Assembly: GCA_012295275.1 (NCBI GenBank)
Contig: CM022676.1
Span: 5,642,001-5,706,000 of the forward strand
DNA from: Chrysomallon squamiferum
Taxonomy: Eukaryota; Animalia; Mollusca
DNA length: 64,000 bases
Direction of reading: 5' to 3'
Within the stretch, counting starts at the first letter, position 1. Each line of letters starts with the position of its first letter. Shown here one piece after another: positions 25,615-40,990 of this stretch. The notes beneath the pieces were generated by a model. The model saw only the letters and a list, made by a program, of their open reading frames with translations, did not search any database and was not told where the DNA came from. The position numbers and the translations under genes are program-made.

Positions 25615-26110
25615 TACAGACAGTTCATTCTTATTTATGTACAAAAACAGGTTGAGACAAATTACAGATTGACCTTTTCAGTATCTACTATCTCTGTTCG
25701 TGGGTCACCTCTTTCTCTCCGTCCACCTAACATTAACGGATTTGTTCTTAAATTAATATTTTTCTTAACTGTTTCTCTGTCTGGTAAAACAAACAAACAA
25801 GAAAACGAAAACAAAGAAATATTTCCCTTAACTACGTCTATGATTGGTCTTCTCTTCTCAGTGACATATACAACGAATAATCTTTTGACATATCTGTTTT
25901 GCTTATTGCTCCTATAAATAGAAGCTTACACCCGGACGAATTTTGTTCTGTCATTGTTTCTTTGATTGCTATTAGTTTTTATCTCTATGTTGGTGTGTCA
26001 CCTATCTATACGTAATATTAACTGATTTGTTCTTTTATTAATAGTATTCTTACATGTTGTTTAATTATAGTTAGGTCTTCTTTTGGCTAAATTCTACATT
26101 TGACCTCTAA
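25615..26110 (-). repeat. Module U before G4
   Basis: Reverse complement of the hallmark. Closest to the G3 copy. Confidence 0.85.
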
Positions 26111-26141
26111 TTCTTACAGATTTTGAAAGTAGAAACAAGGA

Positions 26142-26207
<66 letters not shown>

Positions 26208-26276
26208 ATCTGCTACTGGTAGTGCTAGTACTAGTAGTATACCTTTGTTACTATTATGTGTTTATAATTATTACTA

Positions 26277-26311
<35 letters not shown>

Positions 26312-26474
26312 TCTATTATTGTACGTGTATATATGTTTGCGTTTGTGTGTGCAGTTTCCAGATTTATAATACAACAACAAGAATAATAGATAAAGATGGA
26401 TAACTACAATATGTTTTGAATACGCAGTATGTGGATGTAAAAAGATAAAAATAATTGAATAAAATGTACACACA

Positions 26475-26613
<139 letters not shown>

Positions 26614-26900
26614 ATCAAAGTTTGAGAAACGTTTCAATGTGAATACAGATTTTCAGTGTTTTATCCAATATGTGAGTAATTTGTCTCTGTGACTAATAAG
26701 GGATTTCCAGGTGTATTTTCAAAGAAAGCAGGAATTACCTGTGTTGGAGTTAAGCAGTTCTGTACTTGTTGGTACTATCTGCGTCGTTATTGAACCAAAG
26801 AGGGATCTCAAAACACCTGAACAATTATATCAGGCTACAATCTGGGCTACGTCATTAAAGTAACTCGAAACTTTGAAATCTGAAGACGAAGACTGCATAG

Positions 26901-26964
<64 letters not shown>

Positions 26965-27617
26965 AGACACTCATGCTGATTTAATCACTGCCTTGAGATA
27001 TCAGCTTTAACCTGTTGAAGGTGAGAATGACTCGACTGAGCGAGGCTAAGCAGAGCAGCATTGGCATATTCCACCTGAGGAGGATAAAACTGATATCTTA
27101 AGACAGCAAACAAATATTTATTTTATCCTGCAATCCTAAATAATAATAATAAAAAAGTTATTGAAATTAAATCTTTTATTTGACAACTTACAGCTCTCGA
27201 CATTAACACTAAAATTATACATGAAGAAAATTAGTAGTTAAATCAACTAGAAATTAAACACAAAAGAAGTAAGTTAATTATATAGTAGAAGTGCTGATTG
27301 ACAGATAACATATTACTCGTAAGCAGTATTACTTTCCGTCATGGTTTGTATTCTCTCTCTAAAATTATACTTAAATCAACTGGAATTTAAACAGTAAAGA
27401 AGTAACTTAATTATGTAGTAGAAGTGCATGTTGCAACATAAACACACAAACATATAAATACAAACATTAAATATATATATTCATACATTCATACATACAT
27501 ACATACAGACACACAGAAATACTGGCATATATACTAAATTTTTCTCACAAATAAAGCTTCACGCAGACATACGCACACACGCACACAGTATTACTTTGTC
27601 TCATGGTTTCTATTCTG

Positions 27618-28335
27618 TAACAGTTTACAAATATAAGATAGGAGGTACTTCTAGAAAGGAATGGTTTTAGTTCGTCCATCATTTCACGAGTAAGCTGTTT
27701 TGTTAAGTCACGATGCACTATGACTACAATTTTCCTTTCAATTCCCATAACGGCAACAGCATTATCTGTTCCCATTGCAAAATCGGCGCTGCCCAAAACA
27801 TCGTCCTTTTCGAATGTGGCGAAACTGATCTCTTCTTCATCACTGTTTTCCCTGAACTTTCGGGTTGTATGGGATCTCTATCTGTTTTCACTGAACCTTC
27901 GGGTTGTATGGGATCTCGATCTGTTTTCACTGAACTTTCGGGTTCTATGGGATCTCTATCTATTTTCTCTGGAACTTTCGGGTTGTATGGGATCTCGATC
28001 TGTTTTCACTGAACTTTCGGGTTGTATGGGATCTCGATCTGTTTTCACTGAACTTTCGGGTTGTATGGGATCTCGATCTGTTTTCACTGAACTTTCGGGT
28101 TGTATGGGATCTCTATCTGTTTTCACTGAACTTTCGGGTTGTATGGGATCTCGATCTGTTTTCACTGAACTTTCGGGTTCTATGGGTTGTATGGCATCTC
28201 GATCTGTTTTCACTGAACTTTCGGGTTGTATGGGATCTCGATCTGTTTTCACTGAACTTTCGGGTTCTAGTGGATCTCTATCTGTTTTCACTGAACTTTC
28301 AGGGTTGTGCGGGATACTTGACAGGAAAACCGAGA
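27618..28335 (-). pseudogene. Fragment B: inverted counterpart of fragment A
   Basis: Starts with GFPVKYP-like sequence, then the 39-bp array, then the C-terminal ..KDDVLGSADF..SYLIFVNC. The stop codon TAG is changed to TAC, and indels are present. Confidence 0.8.
27845..28305 (-). repeat. 39-bp tandem minisatellite, ~12 copies
   Basis: Reverse complement of the 12.2-12.7 kb unit (CTGTTTTCACTGAACTTTCGGGTTGTATGGGATCTCGAT). Confidence 0.95.
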
Positions 28336-28478
28336 GGTTTCGATAGAGAGCGTCAGCGAGAGAGACAGAGAGAGGCAGATACACAGATAGAGACAAAGAC
28401 AGACAGAGAAAGAAACAGAGTCAGAGAAAGTGTGAGTCGGAGAAAGAAAGAGAGAGACAGAGATAGAGAGACCGAGAT

Positions 28479-28525
<47 letters not shown>

Positions 28526-28647
28526 TAGAGAGACAGAAAGACAGAGAGATAGAGAGACAGAGAGAGATGGAGAGAAAAAAGAGAGAGACCGAGATAGAGA
28601 CACAGAGATTGAGAGACAGAGATAGAGAGATAGAGAGACAGAGAGAA

Positions 28648-28688
<41 letters not shown>

Positions 28689-29010
28689 CAGAGAGAGAGA
28701 GTTAATCAAAGTTTTTGAAACATTTCAAAGTGAGTACAGATTTCCAGTGTTTTATCTAAACTATCTGAATTTCTTTTATTTTTTGTGAGTAATAGGAATC
28801 TCCAGGTGTATTTACCTGGAAACAGAGGTTTCAAAGAAAACAGGAATTTCCAGTGTTGGAGTTAAACAGCTTTGTACTTGATCTGCGTGGTTAATGAAGT
28901 AAATAGGGGATCTTAAAACACCTAAAGAATCTTTTCATGCTATAACCTGGACTACGTAATTACAGTAACTAGAAACTTTGAAATCTGAAGACGAAGACTG
29001 CATAGTCACA

Positions 29011-29104
<94 letters not shown>

Positions 29105-29839
29105 AACATTCATTCTGATTTGACAATACGTTTGACTTTACATTCCTTTAGACCGATCATTCTCGAGCTCGCTGGCAAGATAAAAAGAACCGTGTAATCG
29201 TATATACAAAAATTACTAGAAGAAACCTGAGACTCCTGTCACAAATAATCGGATCGGAAATCACTGGACATGCTTCAATCGACATGAAGGAATGTAATTC
29301 TGGTCATACATAGACACAGCATTACGGAGAGCGCATTTTCAGATCATTGACAAATAACATAACTTATTATTTCGAATTTACTGAATAACAAAATAATGAA
29401 GTCAGTTTCGAGCCCTTTTGAAAAAAACAAAGAAAGAGAAAAGTCAGTTATATATCTACTAACATGTCAACTAAAAACCTAGGCAAACATACATAATCTT
29501 TTGTCAGAAGTAAGACTGGCTGTATATTTGTATATATATAGATAGATAGGATCATTGCCTTGAGATGTCAGATTTATGAGCAGAACCCAGATATTTATTT
29601 CATCCTCCAATCCTAAATAATAATAAAAATAAAACCTAAATGAAATTAACTGTTTTATTAATCAACTTACAACTCTCAATATTAATACTAAAACTGTACA
29701 TGAAAAAAATTAGTAATTAAATCAACTAGAAATTAAACACAGAAGAAATAACTTAATTATATAGTAGAAGTGTTCATTGCAAGATAAATACACACAAACG
29801 CACGCAGTATTAGTTTACGTCATGGTTTGTATTGTCTCT

Positions 29840-32028
29840 CTAACAGTTTACAAATATAAGATAGGAGGTACTTCTAGAAAGGAATGGTTTTAGTTCGTCC
29901 ATCATTTCACGAGTAAGCTGTTTTGTTAGGTCACGATGCACTATGACTACAATTTTCCTTTCAATTCCCATAACGGCAACAGCATTATCTGTTCCCACTG
30001 CAAAATCGGCGTTGCCCAACACATGATCCTTTTCGAATGTGGCAAAACTGATCTCTTCTTCATCACTGTCTGTTTTCCCTGAACTTTCGGGTTCTACGGT
30101 ATCTCTATCTGTTTTGATTGAAGGTTCGGGTTCTGCAGGATATTTGACAGGAAAACCTAACTCTTGCCTTGAAAGACGGTCTTGTGTGACCACTAGCACA
30201 TCTGACCATGAAAGAGGTTCAGGAGAGACAGTCCTGACTGGTGGTGATGTTGTTTCTCGTATATTTTGTGAAGCCGCTGAGGTAGGTGACTGCTGCCTGC
30301 TAGCTTCACTGACGTTGTCAACGCTGTGTTTTTCAGCGACTTGATCACGTTCACTGGCACCTTCTGAACGGCTGGGCTTCTCTGGATGTTGTTCTGAAAG
30401 CGTCGACGATGATGTCGTGGCAGAAGCTTGAGGTTGAGAGATATCGTGTCCATTGACTTTCAGTCCGAGAGAAGAAAATATATCCCTGATTTCAGATAGA
30501 CATTTATCGCACTGGTAAAACGTTTTATCACTTCTATGCTTTTTATGGTCAACGAAGGGAAACTTTGATGTGTCACCATTCTTCATCACGTCCTGGATGT
30601 TTAGTGGACAACGGAGTGGTTTGCAAAACTGTACCTTCTCGAAGCCAACAAAGTAGTCTTCATCTGAGTCAGACTTTTCATAGTTGCTTTTAACTATCCA
30701 CACTGTGCTGTCCTTAGATTTTATTTTATCCATAATTTTCATCTGACGTCGTTGTTGAGAAATCCTAAACTCGTCGTAAAACAAATGAGCCGATTCCTCG
30801 TTGATGTATTTAATTATCGACTTGAGTGATTTTCCTTGAAAAACTTTCACCAGATCTGTTTTGTTTTCCAGTCCTTCAGTTACAGCATGGTACAAGTAAT
30901 GAACTATGCTGGTTCCCGGGCCGCTCGCCAGACATATTTTCTTGCCCTGTTTAAGAATCTCTCTTGCTTTTAGGATAAGGAGAATAGTTTTGCCCGTCCC
31001 GTAATCGCCTTCAATCACGATCCGTTTTTCGTCACTATTCAACGTTTCGCACTGTTTTTTCGTCAGTATTATTCTCATCATTCTGTAACCTTGTTCAGAA
31101 ACGCTCTCTCCCAGAGATCGCGCCTCAACTTTACCTCCTCGTTTCTCTTTTTCTCTTTTACTCGTTGGAATTTCCACCACAGACATGAGGCCACAGTATC
31201 TCTTCACCACCTCAATGTATTCATCATCATTTTTAAATCCCTTCTTCTTCTCAATATTTTCTTCACACCACTTTTTCAAACTGTTTAATTTTTTCTCTCG
31301 GATCTTTGCCGTGTCTTCTTTTAAGGGTATTTCGTCCGAGCAAATGCAGCTGTTTAACATATTATTTTCTTTCAAAGCACCTTTACTCGCTTCCAGCTTC
31401 ATCAGGTAATCCCTGGATATATTGGGTAAGACAACAATTTTGCTGATATCAACTTTTAAGTTTAGATCATTCATAACCTCATTGAAAAACTGCTCATCCT
31501 TTATCAATTGGTCGATATCCGATTTTACATATTTTTTCACATTCCTATGATGGGAATCCTTGCTTGTTTTCGGACCGGTGCCTTTGTATTCTTCGATCCC
31601 TTTAACCTGGAAAAAAAACACTCCATGTTTGAGATGCAGTAACAAGACATCATGTTCTCCTTTTTTTTTCCGGAGAATTTATTCATCTGCTTGCATAGAA
31701 AATTCTCGAATTTATAGCAGGAAAGTATCATCATTGGTTCTTCGTTATGTTCTGAACTGAAATTCTTCATAGATTCCAGAGCATCAATGAAGCGTCTCTC
31801 TGCCTCTTCGCCGTGGACTGTTGGTTCGTCACTCTGGGCCAGTAATTCGTAATCCGCGTCTTTTTTTTTCTTCAGTTTCTCTGAAGGGAAGTAAACGGCT
31901 GGGATTCTGTAAGTCTTTGTCAGAATATCTGGGAAGTAGTGTTTAACACATTCATTTGCTTGCTGTTCGAAACTCGCGTTTTCACTTTCGGGTGTCCTCA
32001 CGGTTAAATTTTTAATTTTTTCTTCCAT
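29840..32028 (-). pseudogene. G5: paralogue with a -1 frameshift at the same codon as G2 (A9 run, 31661-31669)
   Basis: ORFs 31537-32028 and 29840-31645. Reads KFSGKKKENMMS exactly as G2 does in frame 0. Confidence 0.75.
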
Positions 32029-32597
32029 AGTTTGGATAATTTTATTTTTCTACGTTGTCATCGGTTGAAACTAAACGTCACAGCATCCTGTGTTGAGTTT
32101 TTATTTTTTTTTTTTTTTTTTTAAATAGTTCTGGATGGAAATTGTATACTGTGTTCAACTTATTTTTCATTTATCTAATTGTATTCAGAATTATGAATTT
32201 CGCAGAATTGTTAAAAATATTTCTAAATTTCTTCCGTTTGTTTCCATCTGTTCAGTTGATTTACTTCTGAAAAAAAAAAAAAAAAAAAAGTTTTTTTAAC
32301 ACTAAAGTAATAAATATTTATTAAAATCTAAAAGAAATAAATAAATAATAATAACAGCAACGAGAACAATAATAACAATAACATCAACATCAATAACAAT
32401 AACAACAACAACAACAACAAGAATAATAATAATATTATTATTGCTGTTGCTATTACTATTGCCTCTACTGTGTACATTTATGTATATCTGTATGTGTGTA
32501 TATATGTATCTATGTGGGTCTGTACAAACACATATACGTACATACATAATACATATATACTCTCATACATTATATACATACGTGCATATGTATACAA

Positions 32598-32654
<57 letters not shown>

Positions 32655-32678
32655 CATATCACACATATATATATATAC

Positions 32679-32727
<49 letters not shown>

Positions 32728-32893
32728 CATACATGCATACATACCTACATATATACATATATATGTCTATACATAAATACGTATACATAAATAGGTATAC
32801 TCAAACACACATAAATACCCACATATACACATACCTATATACAGATACACTCACACAGAGAAATTACTTGCATACTTACCTATACAAATATAT

Positions 32894-32924
<31 letters not shown>

Positions 32925-32939
32925 GATATAGATATATAG

Positions 32940-32997
<58 letters not shown>

Positions 32998-33014
32998 ACA
33001 TAGACACACACTTA

Positions 33015-33645
33015 CAGACAATGCATTCATATTTACGTACAAAAACAGGTTGAGACAAATTACAGACTGATCTTTTCAGTAACTACTATCTCTGTTTGTG
33101 GATCACCTCTTTCTCTCCGTCCCCCTAACATTAACGAATTTGTTCTTAAATTAATATTATTCTTAACTGTTCTGTGTCTGGTAAAACAAACAAACAAGAA
33201 CACAAAAACAAAGAAATATTTACCTTAATTGCAGTTACGTATATTATCTGTCTTCTGTTCTCAGTAACATATACAACGAATAATCAGTGACTACCTTTGT
33301 CATACCTTTTTTGCTTATTGTTTGTATAAATAGAAGCTTACACCCGGATGAATTTTGTATTGTCATTGTTTATTTGGTTGCTATTAGTTTTTGTTTGTAT
33401 GTGTGTGGGTCACCTATCTATGCGTAATATTAACGGATTTATTCTTTGATTAATATTATTAAATGTTCTTTAAAAAAAAATATTTTTTTAATTATAGTTA
33501 CGTACATCTTAGATCTTCTGTTGGCTAAAGTCTACCTTTAGTCTATAATTCGTACTTATTCTGAAACTAGAAACTAAAACACTACTGCTACTGATACAAC
33601 AACTGGTACTGTTAGTATTAGTACTACTAGTATATCTTTGTGTTA

Positions 33646-33741
<96 letters not shown>

Positions 33742-33829
33742 GTACGTGTATATATGTGTATGTTTGTGTGTTCGGGTTCCAGATTTATAATAAAACAACA
33801 AGAATAATAGATAAAGATTGATAACAGTC

Positions 33830-33886
<57 letters not shown>

Positions 33887-34997
33887 CTGTTAGTATTACT
33901 CTGACTACTGCTGCTACTGTGTGCATGTTTGTATATCTGTATGTTTGTATCTAAATATGTATGTGGGTCTACACAAACACATATACGTACATTTAATACT
34001 TATATATTTGTATATATACACACTTATACATACACATATACACATACATACAAACATACATACATACATACACATACATGTTGAGGCAAGTCACACATAC
34101 ACAAACACACACAAAAAACACGTTTATATAATCACACTTATACGAAACCATGTTGAGACAAATATATATGCATACATACATAGATACATACACAGAAAAG
34201 TAGATTATTATACGTAAATACATAGATACATATATATAAACAGACAGACTAACACATACACACACACGTACCCCGATATATATACACATACTCTCACACA
34301 CAGTAATTGCTTACATACTTACATATACAAATATATATAAATATATATATAAACACAAACCTACAGACAGTACATTCATATTTACGTACAAAAACGTATT
34401 CAGACATTATATACAAACTGATCTTTTCAGTAACTACTATCTCTGTTTGTGGGTCACCTCTTTCTCTCCGTCCCCCTAACATTAACGGATTTGTTCTTAA
34501 ATTAATATTATTCTTAACTGTTCTCTGTCTGGTAAAACAAACAAACAAGAAAAAAAAAAAAAAGAAATATTTACCTTAATTGCAGTTACGTATATCATCG
34601 GTCTTCTGTTCTCAGTGACATATACAACGAATAATCAGTGACTACCTTTGTCATACCTTTTTTGCTTATTGTTTGTATAAATAGAAGCTTACACCCGGAT
34701 GAATTTTGTATTGTCATTGTTTATTTGGTTGCTATTAGTTTTTGTTTGTATGTTTGTGGGTCACCTATCTATACGTAATATTAACGGATTTATTCTTTGA
34801 TTAATATTATTAAATGTTCTTTAAAAAAAATTATTTTCTTTAATTATAGTTACGTATATCTTAGATCTTCTGTTGGCTAAAGTCTACCTTTAGTCTATAA
34901 TTCGTACTTATTCTGAAACTAGAAACTAAAACACTACTGCTACTGATACAACAACTGGTACTGTTAGTATTAGTACTACTAGTATATCTTTGTGTTA

Positions 34998-35083
<86 letters not shown>

Positions 35084-35172
35084 GTATATTAATATTATTA
35101 TGTGTATGTTTGTGTGTTCGGGTTCCAGATTTATAATAAAACAACAAGAATAATAGATAAAGATGGATAACA

Positions 35173-35241
<69 letters not shown>

Positions 35242-36350
35242 CTGTTAGTATTACTCTGACTACTGCTGCTACTGTGTGCATGTTTGTATATCTGTATGTT
35301 TGTATCTAAATATGTATGTGGGTCTACACAAACACATATACGTACATTTAATATTTATATATTTGTATATATACACACTTATACATACACAAATACACAT
35401 ACATACAAACATACATACATACATACACATACATGTTGAGGCAAGTCACACATACACAAACACACACAAAAAACACGTTTATATAATCACACTTATACGA
35501 AACCATGTTGAGACAAATATATATGCATACATACATAGATACATACACAGAAAAGTAGATTATTATACGTAAATACATAGATACACATTTATAAAGAGAC
35601 AGACTAACACATACACACACACGTACCCCGATATATATATACACATACTCTCACACACAGTAATTGCTTACATACTTACATATACAAATATATATATATA
35701 TATATATATAAACACAAACCTACAGACAGTACATTCATATTTACGTACAAAAACGTATTCAGACATTATATACAAACTGATCTTTTCAGTAACTACTATC
35801 TCTGTTTGTGGGTCACCTCTTTCTCTCCGTCCACCTAACATTAACGGATTTGTTCTTAAATTAATATTATTCTTAACTGTTCTCTGTCAGGTAAAACAAA
35901 CAAACAAGAAAACAAAAAGAAATATTTACCTTAATTGCAGTTACGTATATCATCGGTCTTCTGTTCTCAGTGACATATACAACGAATAATCAGTGACTAC
36001 CTTTGTCATACCTTTTTGCTTATTGTTTGTATAAATAGAAGCTTACACCCGGATGAATTTTGTATTGTCATTGTTTATTTGGTTGCTATTAGTTTTTGTT
36101 TGTATGTTTGTGGGTCACCTATCTATGCGTAATATTAACGGATTTATTCTTTGATTAATATTATTAAATGTTCTTTAAAAAAATTATTTTCTTTAATTAT
36201 AGTTACGTATATCTTAGATCTTCTGTTGGCTAAAGTCTACCTTTAGTCTATAATTCGTACTTATTCTGAAACTAGAAACTAAAACACTACTGCTACTGAT
36301 ACAACAACTGGTACTGTTAGTATTAGTACTACTAGTATATCTTTGTGTTA

Positions 36351-36428
<78 letters not shown>

Positions 36429-36521
36429 GTACGTGTATATATGTGTATGTTTGTGTGTTCGGGTTCCAGATTTATAATAAAACAACAAGAATAATAGATA
36501 AAGATGGATAACAATAATAAC

Positions 36522-36561
<40 letters not shown>

Positions 36562-37678
36562 CTGTTAGTATTACTCTGACTACTGCTGCTACTGTGTGCA
36601 TGTTTGTATATCTGTATGTTTGTATCTAAATATGTATGGGGGTCTACACAAACACATATACGTACATTTAATATTTATATATTTGTATATATACACACTT
36701 ATACATACACAAATACACATACATACAAACATACATACATACATACACATACATGTTGAGGCAAGTCACACATACACAAACACACACAAAAAACACGTTT
36801 ATATAATCACACTTATACGAAACCATGTTGAGACAAATATATATGCATACATACATAGATACATACACAGAAAAGTAGATTATTATACGTAAATACATAG
36901 ATATACATATATATAAAGAGACAGACTAACACATACACACACACGTACCCCGATATATATATACACATACTCTCACACACAGTAATTGCTTACATACTTA
37001 CATATACAAATATATATAAATATATATATATAAACACAAACCTACAGACAGTACATTCATATTTACGTACAAAAACGTATTCAGACATTATATACAAACT
37101 GATCTTTTCAGTAACTACTATCTCTGTTTGTGGGTCACCTCTTTCTCTCCGTCCCCCTAACATTAACGGATTTGTTCTTAAATTAATATTATTCTTAACT
37201 GTTCTCTGTCTGGTAAAACAAACAAACAAGAAAACAAAAACAAAGAAATATTTACCTTAATTGCAGTTACGTATATCATCGGTCTTCTGTTCTCAGTGAC
37301 ATATACAACGAATAATCAGTGACTACCTTTGTCATACCTTTTTTGCTTATTGTTTGTATAAATAGAAGCTTACACCCGGATGAATTTTGTATTGTCATTG
37401 TTTATTTGGTTGCTATTAGTTTTTGTTTGTATGTTCGTGGGTCACCTATCTATACGTAATATTAACGGATTTATTCTTTGATTAATATTATTAAATGTTC
37501 TTTAAAAAAAATTATTTTCTTTAATTATAGTTACGTATATCTTAGATCTTCTGTTGGCTAAAGTCTACCTTTAGTCTATAATTCGTACTTATTCTGAAAC
37601 TAGAAACTAAAACACTACTGCTACTGATACAACAACTGGTACTGTTAGTATTAGTACTACTAGTATATCTTTGTGTTA

Positions 37679-37759
<81 letters not shown>

Positions 37760-37844
37760 GTACGTGTATATATGTGTATGTTTGTGTGTTCGGGTTCCAG
37801 ATTTATAATAAAACAACAAGAATAATAGATAAAGATGGATAACA

Positions 37845-37883
<39 letters not shown>

Positions 37884-38993
37884 CTGTTAGTATTACTCTG
37901 ACTACTGCTGCTACTGTGTGCATGTTTGTATATCTGTATGTTTGTATCTAAATATGTATGTGGGTCTACACAAACACATATACGTACATTTAATACTTAT
38001 ATATTTGTATATATACACACTTATACATATACACATACATACAAACATACATACATACATACACATACATGTTGAGGCAAGTCACACATACACAAACACA
38101 CACAAAAAACACGTTTATATAATCACACTTATACGAAACCATGTTGAGACAAATATATATGGATACATACATAGATACATACACAGAAAAGTAGATTATT
38201 ATACGTAAATACATAGATACAAGCATATATATATATATATAAACACATACTAACACATACACACACACGCACCCCGATATACATATACACATACTCTCAC
38301 ACACAGTAATTACTTACATACTTACATATACAAATATATATACATACATATATATAAACACAAACAGACAGTACATTCATATTTACGTACAAAAACAGGT
38401 TGAGACAAATTACAAACTGATCTTTTCAGTAACTACTATCTCTGTTTGTGGGTCACCTCTTTCTCTCCGTCCACCTAACATTAACGGATTTGTTCTTAAA
38501 TTAATATTATTCTTAACTGTTCTCTGTCTGGTAAAACAAACAAACAAGAAAACAAAAAGAAATATTTACCTTAATTACAGTTACGTCTATCATCGGTCTT
38601 CTGTTGTCAGTGACATATACAACGAATAATCAGTGACTACCTTTGACATACCTTTTTGCTTATTGTCTGTATAAATAGAAGCTTACACCCGGATGAATTT
38701 TGTATTGTCATTGTTTGTTTGGTTGCTATTAGTTTTTGTTTGTATGTTTGTGGGTCACCTATCTATGCGTAATATTAACGGACTTTTTCTTTGATTAATA
38801 TTATTATTAAATGTTCTTTCAAAAAATTATTTTCTTTAATTATAGTTACGTATATCTTCGATCTTCTATTGGCTAAAGTCTACCTTTAGTCTATAATTCG
38901 TACTTATTCTGAAACTAGAAACTAAAACACTACTGCTACTGATACAACAACTGGTTCTGTTAATATACGTACTACTAGTATATCTTTGTGTTA

Positions 38994-39038
<45 letters not shown>

Positions 39039-39130
39039 TCTCTTATTGTACGTGTGTATATGTGTGTGTTTGTGTGTGCAGGTTCCATATTTATAATAAA
39101 ACAACAAGAATAATAGATAAAGATGGATAA
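33015..39130 (-). repeat. Tandem array of five U cores, unit ~1.32-1.36 kb, upstream of G5
   Basis: Anchor CATATTTACGTACAAAAAC at 33028, 34377, 35736, 37058 and 38378. Units differ mainly in (ATT)n/(AAT)n lengths. Confidence 0.92.
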
Positions 39131-39413
39131 CTACAACATGTTTTGAATACGCAGTATGTGGGTATAAAAAGATAAAGATAAATCAATTAAAAAAAGTGAT
39201 TCTTTTGTGTGAGTTATGGGGATTTCCAGGTGTATTTTCCTAGAAACATAGGTTTGAAAGAAAGCAGGAATTTATAGTGTTGGAGTTGAGCAGTTTTGAA
39301 CTTGTTTGTTTGATCCGCATGGTAAAAGAACTAAATGGGGGATCTTAAAACACCTGAACAAAAACTAGATACCGAAAGAAAAAGATAAAAAGAATTCTAT
39401 AAAATATATACAC

Positions 39414-39507
<94 letters not shown>

Positions 39508-39813
39508 ATCAAAGTTTGAAATACGTTTCGAACTGAAAACTAAGTTTTTCAGTATTTTATCCAAAATATGTGAGTAATTTGTCTCTGTCAATAATAGGGA
39601 TTTCCAGGTGTATTTTCCTAGAAACACAGGTTTTAAGGAAACCAGAAATTTCCAGTGTTGGAGTTTACCAGTTTAGTACTTGTTTGTTTGATTTACGTGG
39701 TTAATGTAACAAATTGGGATCTTAAAACACCTGAACAATTTTATCAGGCTATAATCTGGCCTACGTAATTACAGTAACTCGAAACATATGAAGACGAAGA
39801 CTGCCTAGTCACA

Positions 39814-39872
<59 letters not shown>

Positions 39873-39995
39873 AATGGGGGATATTAAAACACATGAACAA
39901 TTTTATCAGGATACAATCTGGGCTACGTCATTACAGTAACTCGAAACTTTGAAATATGAAGACGAAGACTGCATAGTCATACACACACACACACG

Positions 39996-40057
<62 letters not shown>

Positions 40058-40427
40058 CTCATGCTGATTTAACAATAATTTTGACTCTACATTCCTTTAG
40101 ACCGATCATTTTCGAGCTCGCTTCTAACATAAAAAGTATCGTGTAATCGTAAATACAAAAGTTACAAGAAGAAACCCGAGACTCCTGTCAGAAATCATTG
40201 GATCTGAAATCACTGGACATGCTTCAATCGACTTGAATAAATGTAATTCTGGTAATACATAGACACAGCATTACGGAGAGCGCGTGTTCAGATCATTGAC
40301 AAATAACAAAACTTATTATTACAAATTTACTGAATAACAAAATAAATAAGTCAGTTTCTAGCCCATTTGAAAAAAAAAGAAAGAAAGAGAAAAGTCACTT
40401 ATATACATACTAACATGGCAGATAGAG

Positions 40428-40576
<149 letters not shown>

Positions 40577-40612
40577 GACAAAGCCGACACACACACTCAT
40601 GCTGATTTAACA

Positions 40613-40644
<32 letters not shown>

Positions 40645-40990
40645 GACCACTGCCTTAAGAGATCAGCTTTAACCTGTTGAAGGTAAGAATGACTCGACTG
40701 AGCGAGGCTAAACAGAGCAGAATTGGCATATTGGACCGCAGCCAGATATTTATTTTATCCTGCAGTCCTAAATAATAAAGAAAAACTTACTGAAATTAAC
40801 TGTTTTATTTGTCAACTTACAGCTCTCGAGATTAATATAAAAAGTGTACGTAAAAGAAATTAGTACTTAAATCAACCTGAAATTAAACACAGAAGAAATA
40901 ACTTAATTATATAGTAGAAGTGCTTATTGCAAGATAAATACACACAAAGGCACCGCAGTATTACTTTCCGTCATGGTTTGTATTGTCTCT

